A stretch of DNA of 64,000 nt from Eutreptiella sp. 'Long Island Sound 2002'. Taxonomy: Eukaryota > Protista > Euglenida. Below the pieces are notes generated by a model. The model did no database searches. It worked only from the letters and a program-made list of their open reading frames with translations, and was not told the origin of the DNA. Positions 23,054 through 36,112 of this stretch are shown in pieces (within the stretch, counting starts at the first letter, position 1; each line of letters opens with the position of its first letter). Location of the stretch: the NCBI GenBank assembly GCA_964036045.1, contig OZ038378.1:1302001-1366000 (forward strand). The letters are read 5' to 3'. Position numbers and translations under genes: made by a program.

Positions 23054-25689
23054 AGACGCCGCAGCCCTTTGACTTCACGACCCACGCCCGGATCTGCGGG
23101 GAGGCCCGTCCTGAGGGCTTCGAATACCCCCCCCAGCCCTTTGCAGCCACCAGGTTCTTCCGCCATATCAAGCCTGGAGGCCTTGCCACATGGCCGTACA
23201 TAGTGGCTCGAATTCATCCCGAGATGCCCCCCATTTCGGACCACGATGGCCCAAGGTAGAAGGACCAGCTTTTGTGTTGGCATGACCGTGAAAGAGGGAA
23301 TGATTTACATGTGCACCTCCTGCGGAGGTCACGAAACCACGAAGCATTACGCCGCATGGGGGTAAGCCCCCCCCGTTTGGATTTTCAGGATTTCACGCCA
23401 TGTCTCACGGTGTTACCCTTTGTAGGTCTGCCACCCCCCCACCAGTTTGTGCTGTTTCGGGGCCCACCACCGGTATCAGGCCCTGGATTTGGGCCATGGA
23501 CCCTGGGGGCTTCAAACGAGCATTCGGGGCCCGTGGGGGTTACCCCTGGCGCCAGTGGCTGCTCGCTCTGGTCCGTCCTTGTTTAGGCACCGCAATCCCG
23601 ACTCCGCGGACGGAGTGTGCACTGACAGAGTGCCTCATAGACAGTGCCCCCCGGTCTGGTTGTTGGCATATGTGTTTGGGGGACGGTTTCGGGCGGTGAA
23701 CTCCCAGACAAGGTCACTGGTGGCCTCAATGTCCGGGGGAGGGGGGCGGGCGTGGGGAATTGCTCGGGGATGGCAGTAACCAGCTGGACATTTGCTAAGC
23801 GCATGGTTTCAAGCAGAGTAAGGGAGAGTGCGGCGAGGCGCGCCGCACAGGCATGAATCTCTGTGGTGTCCAGGGGGTAGAGTCGCGGAGGGCGGCGGTC
23901 GCTGTAGAAGGGGTATTCCTTTTTGGAAGCAAAGGGGGATTCGTGTTTGGTGCCATGGGGGATCTCACCCCTGCCCCTGGGTCGGCCCTGTCGAAACTGG
24001 GTCCGTGGGAGACACCGGTTGGTCCTACCAACCGACCCAAGTCTCTCATACATGCCACCGGCATTGGTTGTGCAAACCAGATTTCCACTCTTGCCAACAC
24101 CCTGATGGTACGTCCGCCTTCACACCGATTGCCAGAAGTGGCACGCGGATCACAAGCTGGCCACCGAACTTCACGTCGGTAGTGCACCGGTCAAGCAGGG
24201 GGGCAGCATAGCAATATCATAAAAAAGCGGGGCGGGGGAGGGGGCACCATATGGAGACGGTGTACCAGCAACCTCACATACGGCAAAGGGTGGCAATGAT
24301 CACGCAGTGTGCTGGCCATAGCATTGTGAATCACGCACAATGCGGGACAGTGTATCAGCACTCGTGTACGCAGTGCATGTGGGAAATGTTGGCGATGGGA
24401 GAGGTGTGCTGCGGATTGCATGCACATGTGCATTGCTCGGGAGGAATGGGACGCATTCAACACTTCTTCGGGGCATGAAGCAGTGGCCTGTGCGGGGTCT
24501 CCTGCATCGAAATGCACGGAGTTGCCTGCTGCCCATACAGCCAGGCACATTGTACAAAACGGATCCTTCCACCTTCTGTACAGTAGCCTGAGTGGGAGAG
24601 TACGTAGGTGAGGAATGGATCGTAGTGTCAATATGAACCCCCAGAGAGTGCGTGGAGGTCAGTGGCGCCAGTTGAGGATCGGCACACAGCAACCGAAGGG
24701 ACGAAATGCCTTCAGCCCATGCTGCACCGGCAGACAGGAGGCCAAAGATGCGGCAATTATGAGCAACAGCAGCAACATTCCATTCTGACCGACAAAACCG
24801 CAACCTGTGCTCCAATCCCCCCCCCCCCCCTGTGTGACATTCCGTCTGGTTGTTGCTCCTTTACGGGGCCCTGGACAGTCACCCATTCTTCCCTTCGCGG
24901 GTTGCGTTGGGTTGCTGCTTTCTGTCGGCCGCTGCGGCTGGTGCTCTTGCTGGTGTCGTTTCCGCGTTCGTCCCCCCCCCCCCCTGTCACCTTTCTGCCC
25001 GTCACCACCCTTGCTCGGTGGGAGTGCTGAGGAAGGGTGCACAATTCCAAAGGTTGTGGCGTCCCAGGGCCACCTTTTCAGTGGATTCCAGATCGTAACA
25101 GCATGCTTTGCGTGCTGTGAGGACCCTTGTAAGTTGTCCTTACAGCCTCCCATCAATTTTCAGCCTCCCAATGTGCATTGACCCGCTCAGGAAGGGATTG
25201 GGAGATCCGGACCGGACATTGAGCCACAAGAGGCGACGCTGCTGTGGGTTGCCGTTGGCCTGCAACACTGTTTCCTGTGACCGGCCAGCGACCTAACCCT
25301 GACCCGGACTGTGAGGAATTGGATGGTGGGAAGGGTATTGCGCACTGCACACTGGGGCGTAATGGCACATTACGCCCCACACTCTGCATGCCGCACAGTG
25401 CGGTGTGCCCCGGCAAAAGGGTGCTTGCGGGTTTAGATCCTCTCGAGGCCACGGTGAATGGACCGGAGAATCCCCACACCCACGGATTCGCCAACATAGC
25501 ATCTTGTAAATTGTCTGCCAGCGCTTGAGGGTGTCCCTTAGACAAGGGTTTTGGCGAGGTCAAGGCCCCGACCACGAGCACGAAGGGCCATTGCTGGGAA
25601 AATGGGGACACACCCTACGTGCCCTAGCGAATATCACACCCAGAGTTTAGCGTGTACACGCCAACGCCACCCTCCTGCCAGACAAACGC

Positions 25690-26640
25690 CTCATTAATGC
25701 CAATCTAATGCCACCCTAATGCCACTCTAAAGCCATGCCAATGCCATGCAAAAGCCACGCAAACCCCACACCAACCATGCTAATGCCATGTTAATGCCAT
25801 GTTACCGCCAGGCTAACACCATGATCATGGCCTGTTAAAGCTCGGCCAACACCACGCCAACACCACCCGAACGCCAAGCAAACGGCACGCCAACACCAAC
25901 ACCACCACGCAAACAGGGCGGCAACACCAGGCCAACGCCACATAAACACCACCAAAACGCCACACAAACTCCACACAAACGCCACGCACTACCCACGCAA
26001 ACATCACGCAATTACCAGCAAGGCCACACGAACGCCGTGCTTCTGTGGTGCTAATGCCATGTGAATGCCACACAAATGGCCCGGCAACGCAGTGCCAACA
26101 CGACTTTAACGCCACACGAACGCCACATGAACAAAACTTTAATGTCATGCTAACACTTGGCAAACACCATGCACACGCCTTCCCAAGAAACGCCACGCCA
26201 ATGCCATTCTAATGCCACACAAACTCCACACAAATGCCAGGAGCCCTAGTCAATCGCCACACACCACTACCCTAATGCCATGCAAACGCCACCCCACCGC
26301 GACGCTAACGCCACCCAAACACCACGCAATTGCCCTACAAACGCCACCCAAACGCCATGTGCAAGCAGGAAAGCGCTAGTAACACCACCCAATCGCCATG
26401 CCAATGCACCGCTAACGTGATGTTAACGCCACAGAAACGCTGCGTGAACCCCATGTTAGTGCCACGCTAATGCCTAGCAATCGCCAAGCAACCACTATGC
26501 CAACACCACATCAACACAAAAGCTACTCAAACGCCCATGCAAATGCCACCTTGGTGCCACACAAACACCACACTCGACATGGTCCTGGCATTGGCATCGG
26601 TGGCATGGTGGTCCGAGTACCACAGCAAAACCGCACTAAA
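25690..26640 (+). repeat. Degenerate (ACGCCA/ATGCCA)n low-complexity satellite
   Basis: Dense repetition of aatgcca/aacgcca/cacacaaa units. Confidence 0.85.
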
Positions 26641-27679
26641 ATGCAGTTACTTTATCTCTGTTAGCACACCTGTTAGGCCTTTCCCCTGATATTTTCCCCT
26701 GTTGCCCTAGAAACCCCAGCCACGCCTCTTTGCAGGCGGATTTGGCGATGGTGATGGTTTTGAGGATAGGGATGCAGATTGTCACCTGTGGGACGCCCAA
26801 TCATTTTAAAACATCATTACAGCGTCCGCTGCCATGCATCACCCCTCTCCAGCTCTGTCCGCGCTGCAATGATGGTCTCGCCTGACGTCACCTGTGTGTG
26901 TGCGTGCATGCGATGATTGCCCAACCAGTGCACGGCATGGCATGACAACGTACCCCTGCCACCCTGTCTCTGGCTGAATCAGTTGTGCTCACCGCACAAC
27001 GGAAGGAATGCAGCACCTGAGGATGGGTACGGATTTGGCGATGGTGATGGCGATGATGATGCAGATGGAAATGGCAAATGGTCTGTAAGTGAAGAGTGCG
27101 TGCACAGGAACCCTCAGGTTATCTGCCCCAACCACATATTCATTAACTGCGCCCGCTAATAATGCTGTACCACCCGCACCCACTCCACGCAAAACAATAC
27201 CCCTGTTGAAGTGTCACAGACCTATAGCGCATAGAATCTGTTTCAAAGGCACATGTACCCCCTCCTCCTCTACTAGGTGGCTGTGTTTTTTGAACCAACT
27301 GTCTCAAAAGTCACCGTTGTGATACGTGGAGTCAACTGGGATGTAAGCGATATGACAAATTGATATGAGTCAATTTCAAAATTCAACGTGTTTATCCGTT
27401 TCTTTTGTTTATTTGCCCATTCCCCCCCATTTGTTTTTCAATGTTAATTGACTGTTTACCTGTACCCGAAAATTAGGATTTTGTTGGCCTATCTGATTGA
27501 TTATGTTGATGCTTCTGGGGCTCCCCATGCACGAAGCGTAGCCGGGTTGTTGACATCCGCCTTCAAAAGACTTAATGGCTTGTGTGGACGCTTTTTTTTG
27601 TTGCCCTCCTTTGTGGACCCCCACGATGGCTGGGCTGTGTATCCATCCAGGCCCCGTCAGGCGTACACAGCTTGAATGG

Positions 27680-29130
27680 CACAAAGGTTTCGTTTTCGCC
27701 GAGACCGAAGTCGGGTGGATTTGGCTTGCTCAGACATGGGGGAGAAACTATTTTTGACTTGATAGCTCAAGGTGGGGTGTTCCCCGCGACACACCCAAAT
27801 GGTGCCCAAATGGCACTTAGGTGGCCAACCGGCCGGAACTGATTTTTTTTTAGCACAAGCATGCACGGTACGGCCTGCAAAAGAGTTTCTGTTTTCCCCG
27901 TGAGCGAAGTTGCGTGGATTCGGCTTGCATAGAAATCGGGGGAAAGTAGATTTCAAATGATTGGTAAAGGTGCGGTGTTCACTGTGATCTACCCAAATAG
28001 TGCCCAAATGGCCCTTGGGTGGCCAACTGGCCGGAACCAGGGGGGGGGGGGCGCCTGGACCGGACCCTTTACGCCGACCCCCCCCCCCCCCCTCCCTGCT
28101 GCGTTTTGGCCCGGAAGTGACGGACCATGGGCGCCAAAGGCGCCCTAAGGAAATTTTGCTTGACTTAGTAGAGGGTGAAAAAATGGGGGTTCACCCCATG
28201 TGTCTATACTCAAAATACTCAGTTTTTTTAGGAGAACCCAATAGTGGATGAAACCCCAATCGGACCAAATATGAATACCACCTCTGTGCAGGGGTATCTC
28301 AGAGATGGGCCATACCCTAGTGGGTAAAGCAGTGCCTCTGCAACTGGAAGGTCCTGGGTTCAAACTCCAATGGGGTCAGTCTGTAGAACTGTAGGCAGGA
28401 CCACGGGCACCGTGGGAAATTTTTTGTTTTTGTTTTTTTTTGCTTTTTGTTCTGCTTTGACTTTGTCCCCTTTGTTGGGGTTCCCCGAGAATGCAGTGGT
28501 GATGTAGCATTTCCGCCCACTTGTGGGCCCCACCAATCCTGATTTTGGGCACCCTAGAAGGCAAGGGTTAGGCCGCCAATTCCTGCCCCCCCCCCCCCCT
28601 CTTGGCAGCCCCCCCCCCTCCCCGACCCAGCCCCCCCCCGCCCTGAAAGTGGTCCGAGAGTGGGAGGGAGTCGGCATATGGCCCGTTGCTACACCCCCCC
28701 CCCCCCCCCGTGGCCGGAACTGATTTTTTTGGCACGCGTGCGCGCGATGCGACCGGCAGAAAAGTTTTCTGCTTTTCCCGGGAGCAAAGTTGGGTTGATT
28801 CGGCTTGCTTAGAAATCGGTGAAAAAGCAGTTTTCAAATGATGGGTCAAGGCGGGGTGTGCTGCGCGACGTGCCCAAATAGCGCCAAAATGGCCACTTGG
28901 GTGGCCAAATGGCCGGAACTGATTTTTTCTATCACTTGTGCAGGGCGCGACACTTGAAAAAAGTTTTTGTGTTCGCCCAGAGCGAGGATGGGTGGATTCG
29001 CCTTGCTTAGAGAGGGGGTAAAAAGTACATTTCAAATGATTGGTCAAGGTGGGGTGTCACCCGCGATATACCCAAATAAAACCAACATGGCACTTGGGTG
29101 GCCATCTGGCTTGAACCGCTTTTTTCAACA
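27680..29130. repeat. Cluster of about 200-bp related repeats (aaatggcacttgggtggcca...ggccggaactgattttt), interrupted by poly-C/G cassettes
   Basis: The motif recurs at about 27810, 28008, 28712, 28890 and 29085. Confidence 0.7.
28307..28378 (+). pseudogene. tRNA-like sequence (degenerate tRNA or tRNA-derived SINE head)
   Basis: D-arm-like tagtgggtaaagca, ctGCAac anticodon-like loop, and aggtcctGGGTTCAAACTCC B-box/T-arm. The acceptor stem is poorly paired. Confidence 0.45.
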
Positions 29131-32100
29131 TCTCCACGGCAAGGGTATGTAGCAAGTTTTGGTCTTGTTCACTTTCTTGGAACACCCAAGACGGAAAGTG
29201 TCAGAGAAGAATTTGTTCCGCATGTGAGCCCCCCAAAGGCACATGTTTGTGGCCAATTGCTCCCTTCATCAAGAGCCTTCCAGATGGGAGCAGTGATGTT
29301 GCCACATTTCATTCTATCCCCACTTAGGCCACCCCCAACATGGGTTATGTAGCCATTTGGCCCACATGTGAGCCCCCAAGGCGTCAGGGTACTTGTGGGT
29401 TTGTCTCCCCTTTGTCCCTAGTTTTGGGACTCTCGTATGGACATAGCCAATTTTTTCGGCCCTGTTTCAGGGGCCTTCAAGAAGGCAGAGATTATGCAGC
29501 CACCTTTGGTTCCTTCCCCACATCGGGGGCGCCCAAGACGGCGGAGGTTGTGTAGCCATTAGGGCTAGGTGCGGTCTGTCAAGGCTTGCTTCGCCAACTT
29601 TTTTTTTCTACCATCTTGTGCACCTCCAAGATGTTATGTGTACTGTTATTTCGTTATTTCCATATGTGAGCCCCCCAAGCGACCGACGTTATGTGGCCAT
29701 TTTTTCATCTGTTGTGCTTCAGGACCCTTCAAGACGGCAGGCATTGTTTTGCCAATTTTGATTCCTTCCCCTATTCGGGCCCCCCAAGATAGCAGGGATT
29801 ATGCAGCTCACATCAGGGCACATTTGGCTAACATGCGGGCCCCCAAGGCCACGTTTGATTTTGTCCACCTTTTGGGCACCCCCAAGACGGTAGGGGTTAT
29901 GCAACCAATTGCCCACGTATTTGCCTCGAAAACGGTAGGGCTGTGTTGGCATATTGGATTTTGTCCTTGTTTCGTGGATTCCCAAGACATGAAGCGCTGG
30001 GTAGCCATGTTGTCCACATCTGCCTTCAAAAGATTGACTCCGCTTTCGGCACTTTTTTTTTATGGATACTTTGTGGACCCGCAAGACGGGAGTAGCTATG
30101 TATCTCTTCAGCCCTCGTAAGGGCCACATAGATGGCAAGGGTTAGCCTGCGTTATGTGGCCATCTATGGTTGCTCCGTGCTTCAGGGGCCTCCAAGAGGG
30201 CAAGGGCTGCAAAGCCACTTCTGATTCCGTTCCCATTTCGGGGACCCCCAAGACGGCAGGGGTTATGTAGCCAAATGCCCATAGGTGGGCCCCCAAGAGG
30301 ACTAGGGTTGGGTAGGCTCTTCCGATTCCATCGCTCTTTCTAGGATCCCCAAGATAGGAAAGGTTTGGTAGCCACGTTGCCCAATTCCGCCGTCCAATGA
30401 CTGAATGGCTTGTGTTGCTTGCGTTGTATACCTAGTTTGGTTACCCCCAAGACAATAAGGGTTATTGAGGCCCCTTTTTCCAAGCTACTGCAAAAGCCTA
30501 CAAGAAGATTGGGGTTCTTCCGCACATTTGATTATGTCCCTAGTTTTGGCCCTCCCCAAGACGGCGGGGGTTTTATAGCCATTGGCCACTTGTGGGCCCT
30601 CAAGACGGCAAGGCTTGTGTAGCAACTTTTGATATTGTTCCCAATTGGGATGCCCAAGACGGCGGGTGTATTGGTGCCATTTGTTCCACACTTGAGCAAT
30701 AGGAGTTATTTGGCCATCTCGATTTCTACCGTTGTTCGAGAGCCTGCATGGAGGGAGGTTTTTTTGAGCCAATTTGATTTCCTCCCCACACCCAGGGACC
30801 CCAAAGATGGCAGAGGTTATGTAGTCATTATGCCTACATGTGGGCCCCCAAGATGGCAGGGGTTATGTAGCCACTTTTGATTTTGTTCCCACTTTGGGAA
30901 CCCCCAAGACAACAGGGTTTATGGAGCCAATTGCTCACCTATGGGCCCCAAAACGGTAGGGTTGTTGTGGCATCTTTGAACCCGTTGCAACCTTCGGGAC
31001 CCAAGACAAGAGGCGTTGGGTAGCCACGTTGTCAACATCCACCTTCAAAATATTGAATTGGTTGTGTTGACCGTTTTTTTTGGGGGATTCCCACATGGCG
31101 GACCCTCAAGACGGCACCGGTTATGTATCCATTTATGTGGACGACAAGGGTTATGTAGCAAATTTTGGCATTTTCCATAGTTCGGGGACCCGGAAGACGG
31201 TGGATGTTATTGAACCTTTTTTTTCGCTTGGAAGTGTCATGCCGATCGGATTTGACATCATGTTCCAACCTGCCAACTAATGTGTTGCATGTTCAAGAAC
31301 ATTGCTTTTCATGACATGAAAAGAGGCTGTTTGTCGCCACTCATTGCTTGTATGATCTTCGGATGGTTAGTTCTTGATTTCCCGTTGAAGCGGATTGGCG
31401 GGGGCTAGTGGTGGGTCAAAGAATGCTTTAGAAGCCGCTGCTTAGGCCATAACATGGCCCATTACCAAGTTTTGGAGTACAAAGAGATGATGGAAGGGTT
31501 GTTTTTGCCTTGAAACACACGCCATGTTTGGCACTATGAAAGGAATGGGCGCGGATTTATCCACCCCCAAAAGGTCAAGTACCTCCTGTAATAGCAGAAG
31601 AACACACCCATTGCGGCAAATGATAGCCCCAGAAGCCATGTAATCATGAAATCAACCAATATTTCTATGGTCTATGTCAAGCGGCATCACACAAAGGCCA
31701 ACCTTAGAGCATGATCCATTCAAGGGTAGTTAGGGGACACTAGTTTTTTCCAATAAGTCAAACTGGCCGGTCCCAAGTCCTCTTTTCCAGCTTCCGGGAT
31801 CTCCTCAAGTGGTTGTATGACCTCACACACACACATACACTACTTGAACCACTTTGTCATTTTGTGCTGCCTCACGGTGGGGACCGGCCCTCGAGGAATG
31901 GATGCTTCAAGCATTCAAACAACATATTGAAGGTCACGGATGGCTGTTTTCTGCTCATGTGCTAGCTCAAGCTTCCCACGCTTTACCCGTCTATCGCCCT
32001 CCATCTGATTGATGGGCACTAGTTGCTTCTCCGACGTGCTCTCCTGTCCACCGTTTTCCCTTTGAGCCGTCTTCCCCTCTTTCCGGGTGCAGTTTAGGGC

Positions 32101-35100
32101 TCGTTTTCTTATACCTCTCGCCATGCCGCCCTGCGTCCTCTTCGTGCCCTTCAAGGTCACCGAAGTCTCCTTGTCGTCAACCCAGTCCTCCTTGTCCACT
32201 TCATCCCCAAAAGCGCGGGCGTGATGTGGCCATGTTTGATTGCTCCGTGCTTCCACAGCCTTTGAATTGGCAAGGGCTATGAAGCCACTTTAGATTCCGT
32301 CCCCACCTAGGGTATCCCCAATCTAGCATGGGCAATGTATAGCCATTTTCCCCCGATGTGTGCCCCTAAGATGGCAGTGGTTATGTAGCCAAATTTTTTT
32401 TTGCCTATACTTTGGCGACCGCCAAAAGATCATGGGATGCTAAGCCCATTGCCCACACATGGACCCCCAAAATCTCTAGCGTTGTGTAGGCCTCTCTGAT
32501 TTTGTCCCTCCTTCTGGGATCCCCAAGATACGAAGGGGTGAGTAGCCACGCTGTCCACATCCGCCTTCCAAAGACGGATTGGGTTGTGACCATTGTGTTG
32601 TGTCCCCCGGTTTGGGGCCCCCCAAGGGCGCAAGGGCGACGGAACCCTTTTCTTCTTGTACGGTGCCGCGAGAGCCTTCACGAAGATAAGGGTGATATAG
32701 CCACTTTTGATTCCCTCCCCACTTCCGGGACCCCCAAGATGGCAGGGGTTGTGTAGTCAATTTGCCCACATGTGGACCCCCAAGACGGCAAGTTGTGCGT
32801 AGCAGCTGTTGATTTTGTCCCCATACAGGGGATGCCCAACCAGCAAGGGTTACGTGGCCATTTGTTATTCTACCCTGCAGCGGGACCTTTGGGAAGGCAA
32901 CGATTATTCAGTTAGCTTTGCTTTTTTCCCCACTTCGGGCACCCGTAAAATGGTAGGGGCTTTGTAGCCATTTTTGATTTCGTGCCACTTTCAGGAATCC
33001 CAAGGCAGCACTGGTTATGTAGCCGATTGCCCACACATGGGCACCCAAAACGATAGGGTTGTCTTGGCATATTGGACCCCGTCGTAACCTTCAGGGCCCA
33101 AGACAGTAAGCGCCGGGCAGCCACGTTGTTCACATCCACCTTCAAAAGACTGAAGGGGTTGTGTTTGGGCGCCTTTTTTTTTGCGTTCCCATGTTTGGGA
33201 CCCCCAAGACGGCAGGGCTTATGTATCCATTTAGCCCCCGCAAGGGCCCGGTGGACTCAAGGGTTATGTAGCAAATTTTGCTCTTTTCCACAATTCCGGG
33301 ACCCGCAAGACGGCAGATGTTATCAGACCTTTCTTTTTTTTTAGGGCCATGTGCTGGGAGTGTCGTGCCGATGATATTTGCAATTCTGCTCCAACCTGCA
33401 TACTACTGTATTCGATGTCCAAGAACATCGCTTTTGATGACATTACCACAGGGTTTTGTTGCCGCGACTCAGCGCTTGTATGATATTTGGATGGTTTGTT
33501 CTTGATTTGTTGTTGAATCAGATCGGAGGGGGACATTAGTGGGTCAACCCACAATGCTTTCCAAGCCACTGCTTACTCAATGAGGCTCAACATTACCAAG
33601 TTTGGGAGTGCAAAAAGAGGATTGAAGGGCTGCTTTTGCCATGAAAGGCACACTAGGTCTTGCACTATGAAAAGATGGATGAGCACGGGGAATGTTTCAC
33701 CCTCCAAAGCTCAAGTGCCCCCTATAATGGTAGAGGAACACACGGATTGCAGCAAATGACGGGTGTAGCAAGCCATGTATTCATGAAATGAAGTGACATT
33801 TCCATGGATTATGTCAAGCGGCATCACACAAAGGCCAGCATTGCAGCATGATCCCTTCAAGGGTAGTTCGGGGACAATGGTTTTTCCCATTACCTCAAAG
33901 TGCCATTGTACCAAATGCTCTTTTCCACCTTCCGCGATCTCCTCAAGTGGTTGTATGAACTCGCACACACACATACACTACATCAAGCACTTTGTTGTTT
34001 TGCACTGCCTGGCGGTAGGGAGTGGCCTTGGAGGAATGGATCCTCCAAGCATTCAAATAGCATTGTGAAGGTTACAGCCGGCTGTGTGCTGGCTTAGGTT
34101 CTAGTTCAAGCTTCCTCCGCTTTACGCGTCTATCGCCCCCTTCTGACTAGCACGAATAGCGTGTGGATGTTGCTCTTTGCTGCTCTTTTTTTCCTTTGAG
34201 GCGTCTTCTCCTCTTTCCGGGTGCAATTTTCGGCTCATTTTCTAGTTTCTCTTCTCATTCTTCATTTGGCCCCGTGTCCTCATCCTACACTTCACGGTCA
34301 CTCCAGTCTTCTTGTCCGTCCACCCCGTCCACCTTCTCCACTTCATGCCCCAAAGGGCCGGCGTGATGTGGCCATGTTTGATTGCTCCCTGCTTCAAGAG
34401 CCTTTGCGTATACTTCGGCGACTGCCAAATGGTCATGGGTTATTCATGTTGGCCTCCAAAAACACTAGCGTGGTGTAGGCCTATCCACAATTTTTGGTGC
34501 TTCCGGGGTCCCCAAAATAGCAAGGGGTTGGTAGCCACAGTGTCCACATCCACGTGTTACTTCTTTTGTGGCCCCGGATTCGGGCCCCCCAAGATCGCAA
34601 GGGCAACGGAGCCCATTTCTTCTGGTACCGTGCTGCAAGTGCGTTCACGAAGATAGGGGTTATTTAGCCGCTTTTGATTCGCTTCCCACTTCCGGGGCCC
34701 TGAAGATGGCAGGGGTTGTGTCGGCATTTTGCCCACATGTGGGTCCCCAAGACGGCAAGGCGTGCGTAGCTACTGTTGATTTTGTCCCCATGTAGGGGAT
34801 GCCCAACCGGTAAGTGTTATGTGGCCATTTTTTATTCTACCCTGTTTCACTACCTTCCGCAAGGCAAGGTTCATTTAGCCCACTTTGACTCCTTCCCCAC
34901 TTGGGGCAGCCCCAAGATCGTAGGGGCTACATAGCCATTTTTGTTTTCGTGCCACTTTCGGGATCCCCAAGGCGGCAGTGGCTATGTAGTTATGAAATCA
35001 AGTAATCGTTCTATGGCTTTTGTCAAGCGTCATCACAGAAAGGTCAGCCTTAGAGTATGCTGCATTCAAGGGTAGTTAGGGGCCCATAGTTTTCCCCATT

Positions 35101-35340
35101 ACCTCAAAGTGCCAGTGTACCAAGTCCTCTTCTCTAGGTTCCGGGATCTCCTCAAGTGGTTGTATGAACTCGCACATATGCATACACTAGTTGAGCCACT
35201 TTGTTGTTTTGCGCCATGGGGGGGGGCGTCTCCTCGGTCCCGGTACGCGACTCCCCCGCCCCCCCTCCCCCCCCTCCACTTAGTTACCAAGGGTCAATGG
35301 CTATTGGCCATACATAGGGTGGCGCCGAAGGCGCCCGAAA

Positions 35341-35975
35341 ATTTTGTCCCCTTTGCTGGGGACCCCCGAGAATGCAGGGGTCACGTAGCATTTCCGCCCT
35401 CTTTTGGGCCCCAACCTTCCGGTGCTGTTTAGGAAACCGGGACAATCTTTGAACCCACGCTTTGTTGCGTGGTGCATCATGGCGACCCTTGGCGTAGGTT
35501 TTGACTTCTGATTTTGTCCCCTTTGTTGGGGACCCCGGAGAATGCAGGGGTGGCGTAGCATTTCTGCCCTCTTTTGGGCCCCAACCTTCTGGTGCTATTG
35601 AGGAAACCGGGACAATCTTTGAATCCACGCTTTGTTGCGTGGAGCATCTTGGTGACCCTTGGCGTAGGTTTTGACTTCTGATTTTGTCCCCTTTGTTGGG
35701 GACCCCCGAGAATGCAGGGGTGACGTAGCATTTCTGCCCTCTTTTGGGCCCCAACCTTCCGGTGCTATTGAGGAAACAGGACAATCTTTGAATCCACGCT
35801 TCGTTGCGTGGAGCATCATGGTGGACCCTTGGCGTAGGTTTTGACTTCTGATTTTGTCCCCTTTGTTGGGGACCCCCGAGAATGCAGGGGTGACGTAGCA
35901 TTTCTGCCCTCTTTTGGGCCCCAACCTTCTGGTGCTATTGAGGAAACCGGGACGATCTTTGAATCCACGCTTTGT
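35341..35975. repeat. 170-bp tandem repeat, about 3.7 copies
   Basis: attttgtcccctttg starts at 35341, 35511, 35681 and 35851. Confidence 0.92.
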
Positions 35976-36112
35976 TGCGTGGCCCCTCGAGTTGGGGTTA
36001 GGGACTCACAATCCACGCTTTGTTGCGAGGCTCCTCGAGTTGGGGTTAGGGACTCACAATCCATGCCTTTTTGCGTGGCCCCTCGAGTTGGGGTTAGGGA
36101 CTCACAATCCAC
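35962..36112. repeat. 48-bp tandem repeat, about 3 copies
   Basis: aatccacgctttgttgcgtggcccctcgagttggggttagggactcac starts at 35962, 36010 and 36058. Confidence 0.9.

Noticed and set aside
23580-25610. Several 100-170-aa overlapping ORFs downstream of alkB
   Set aside because: They are open on both strands in GC-rich sequence, with no recognisable domain or splice-supported structure.
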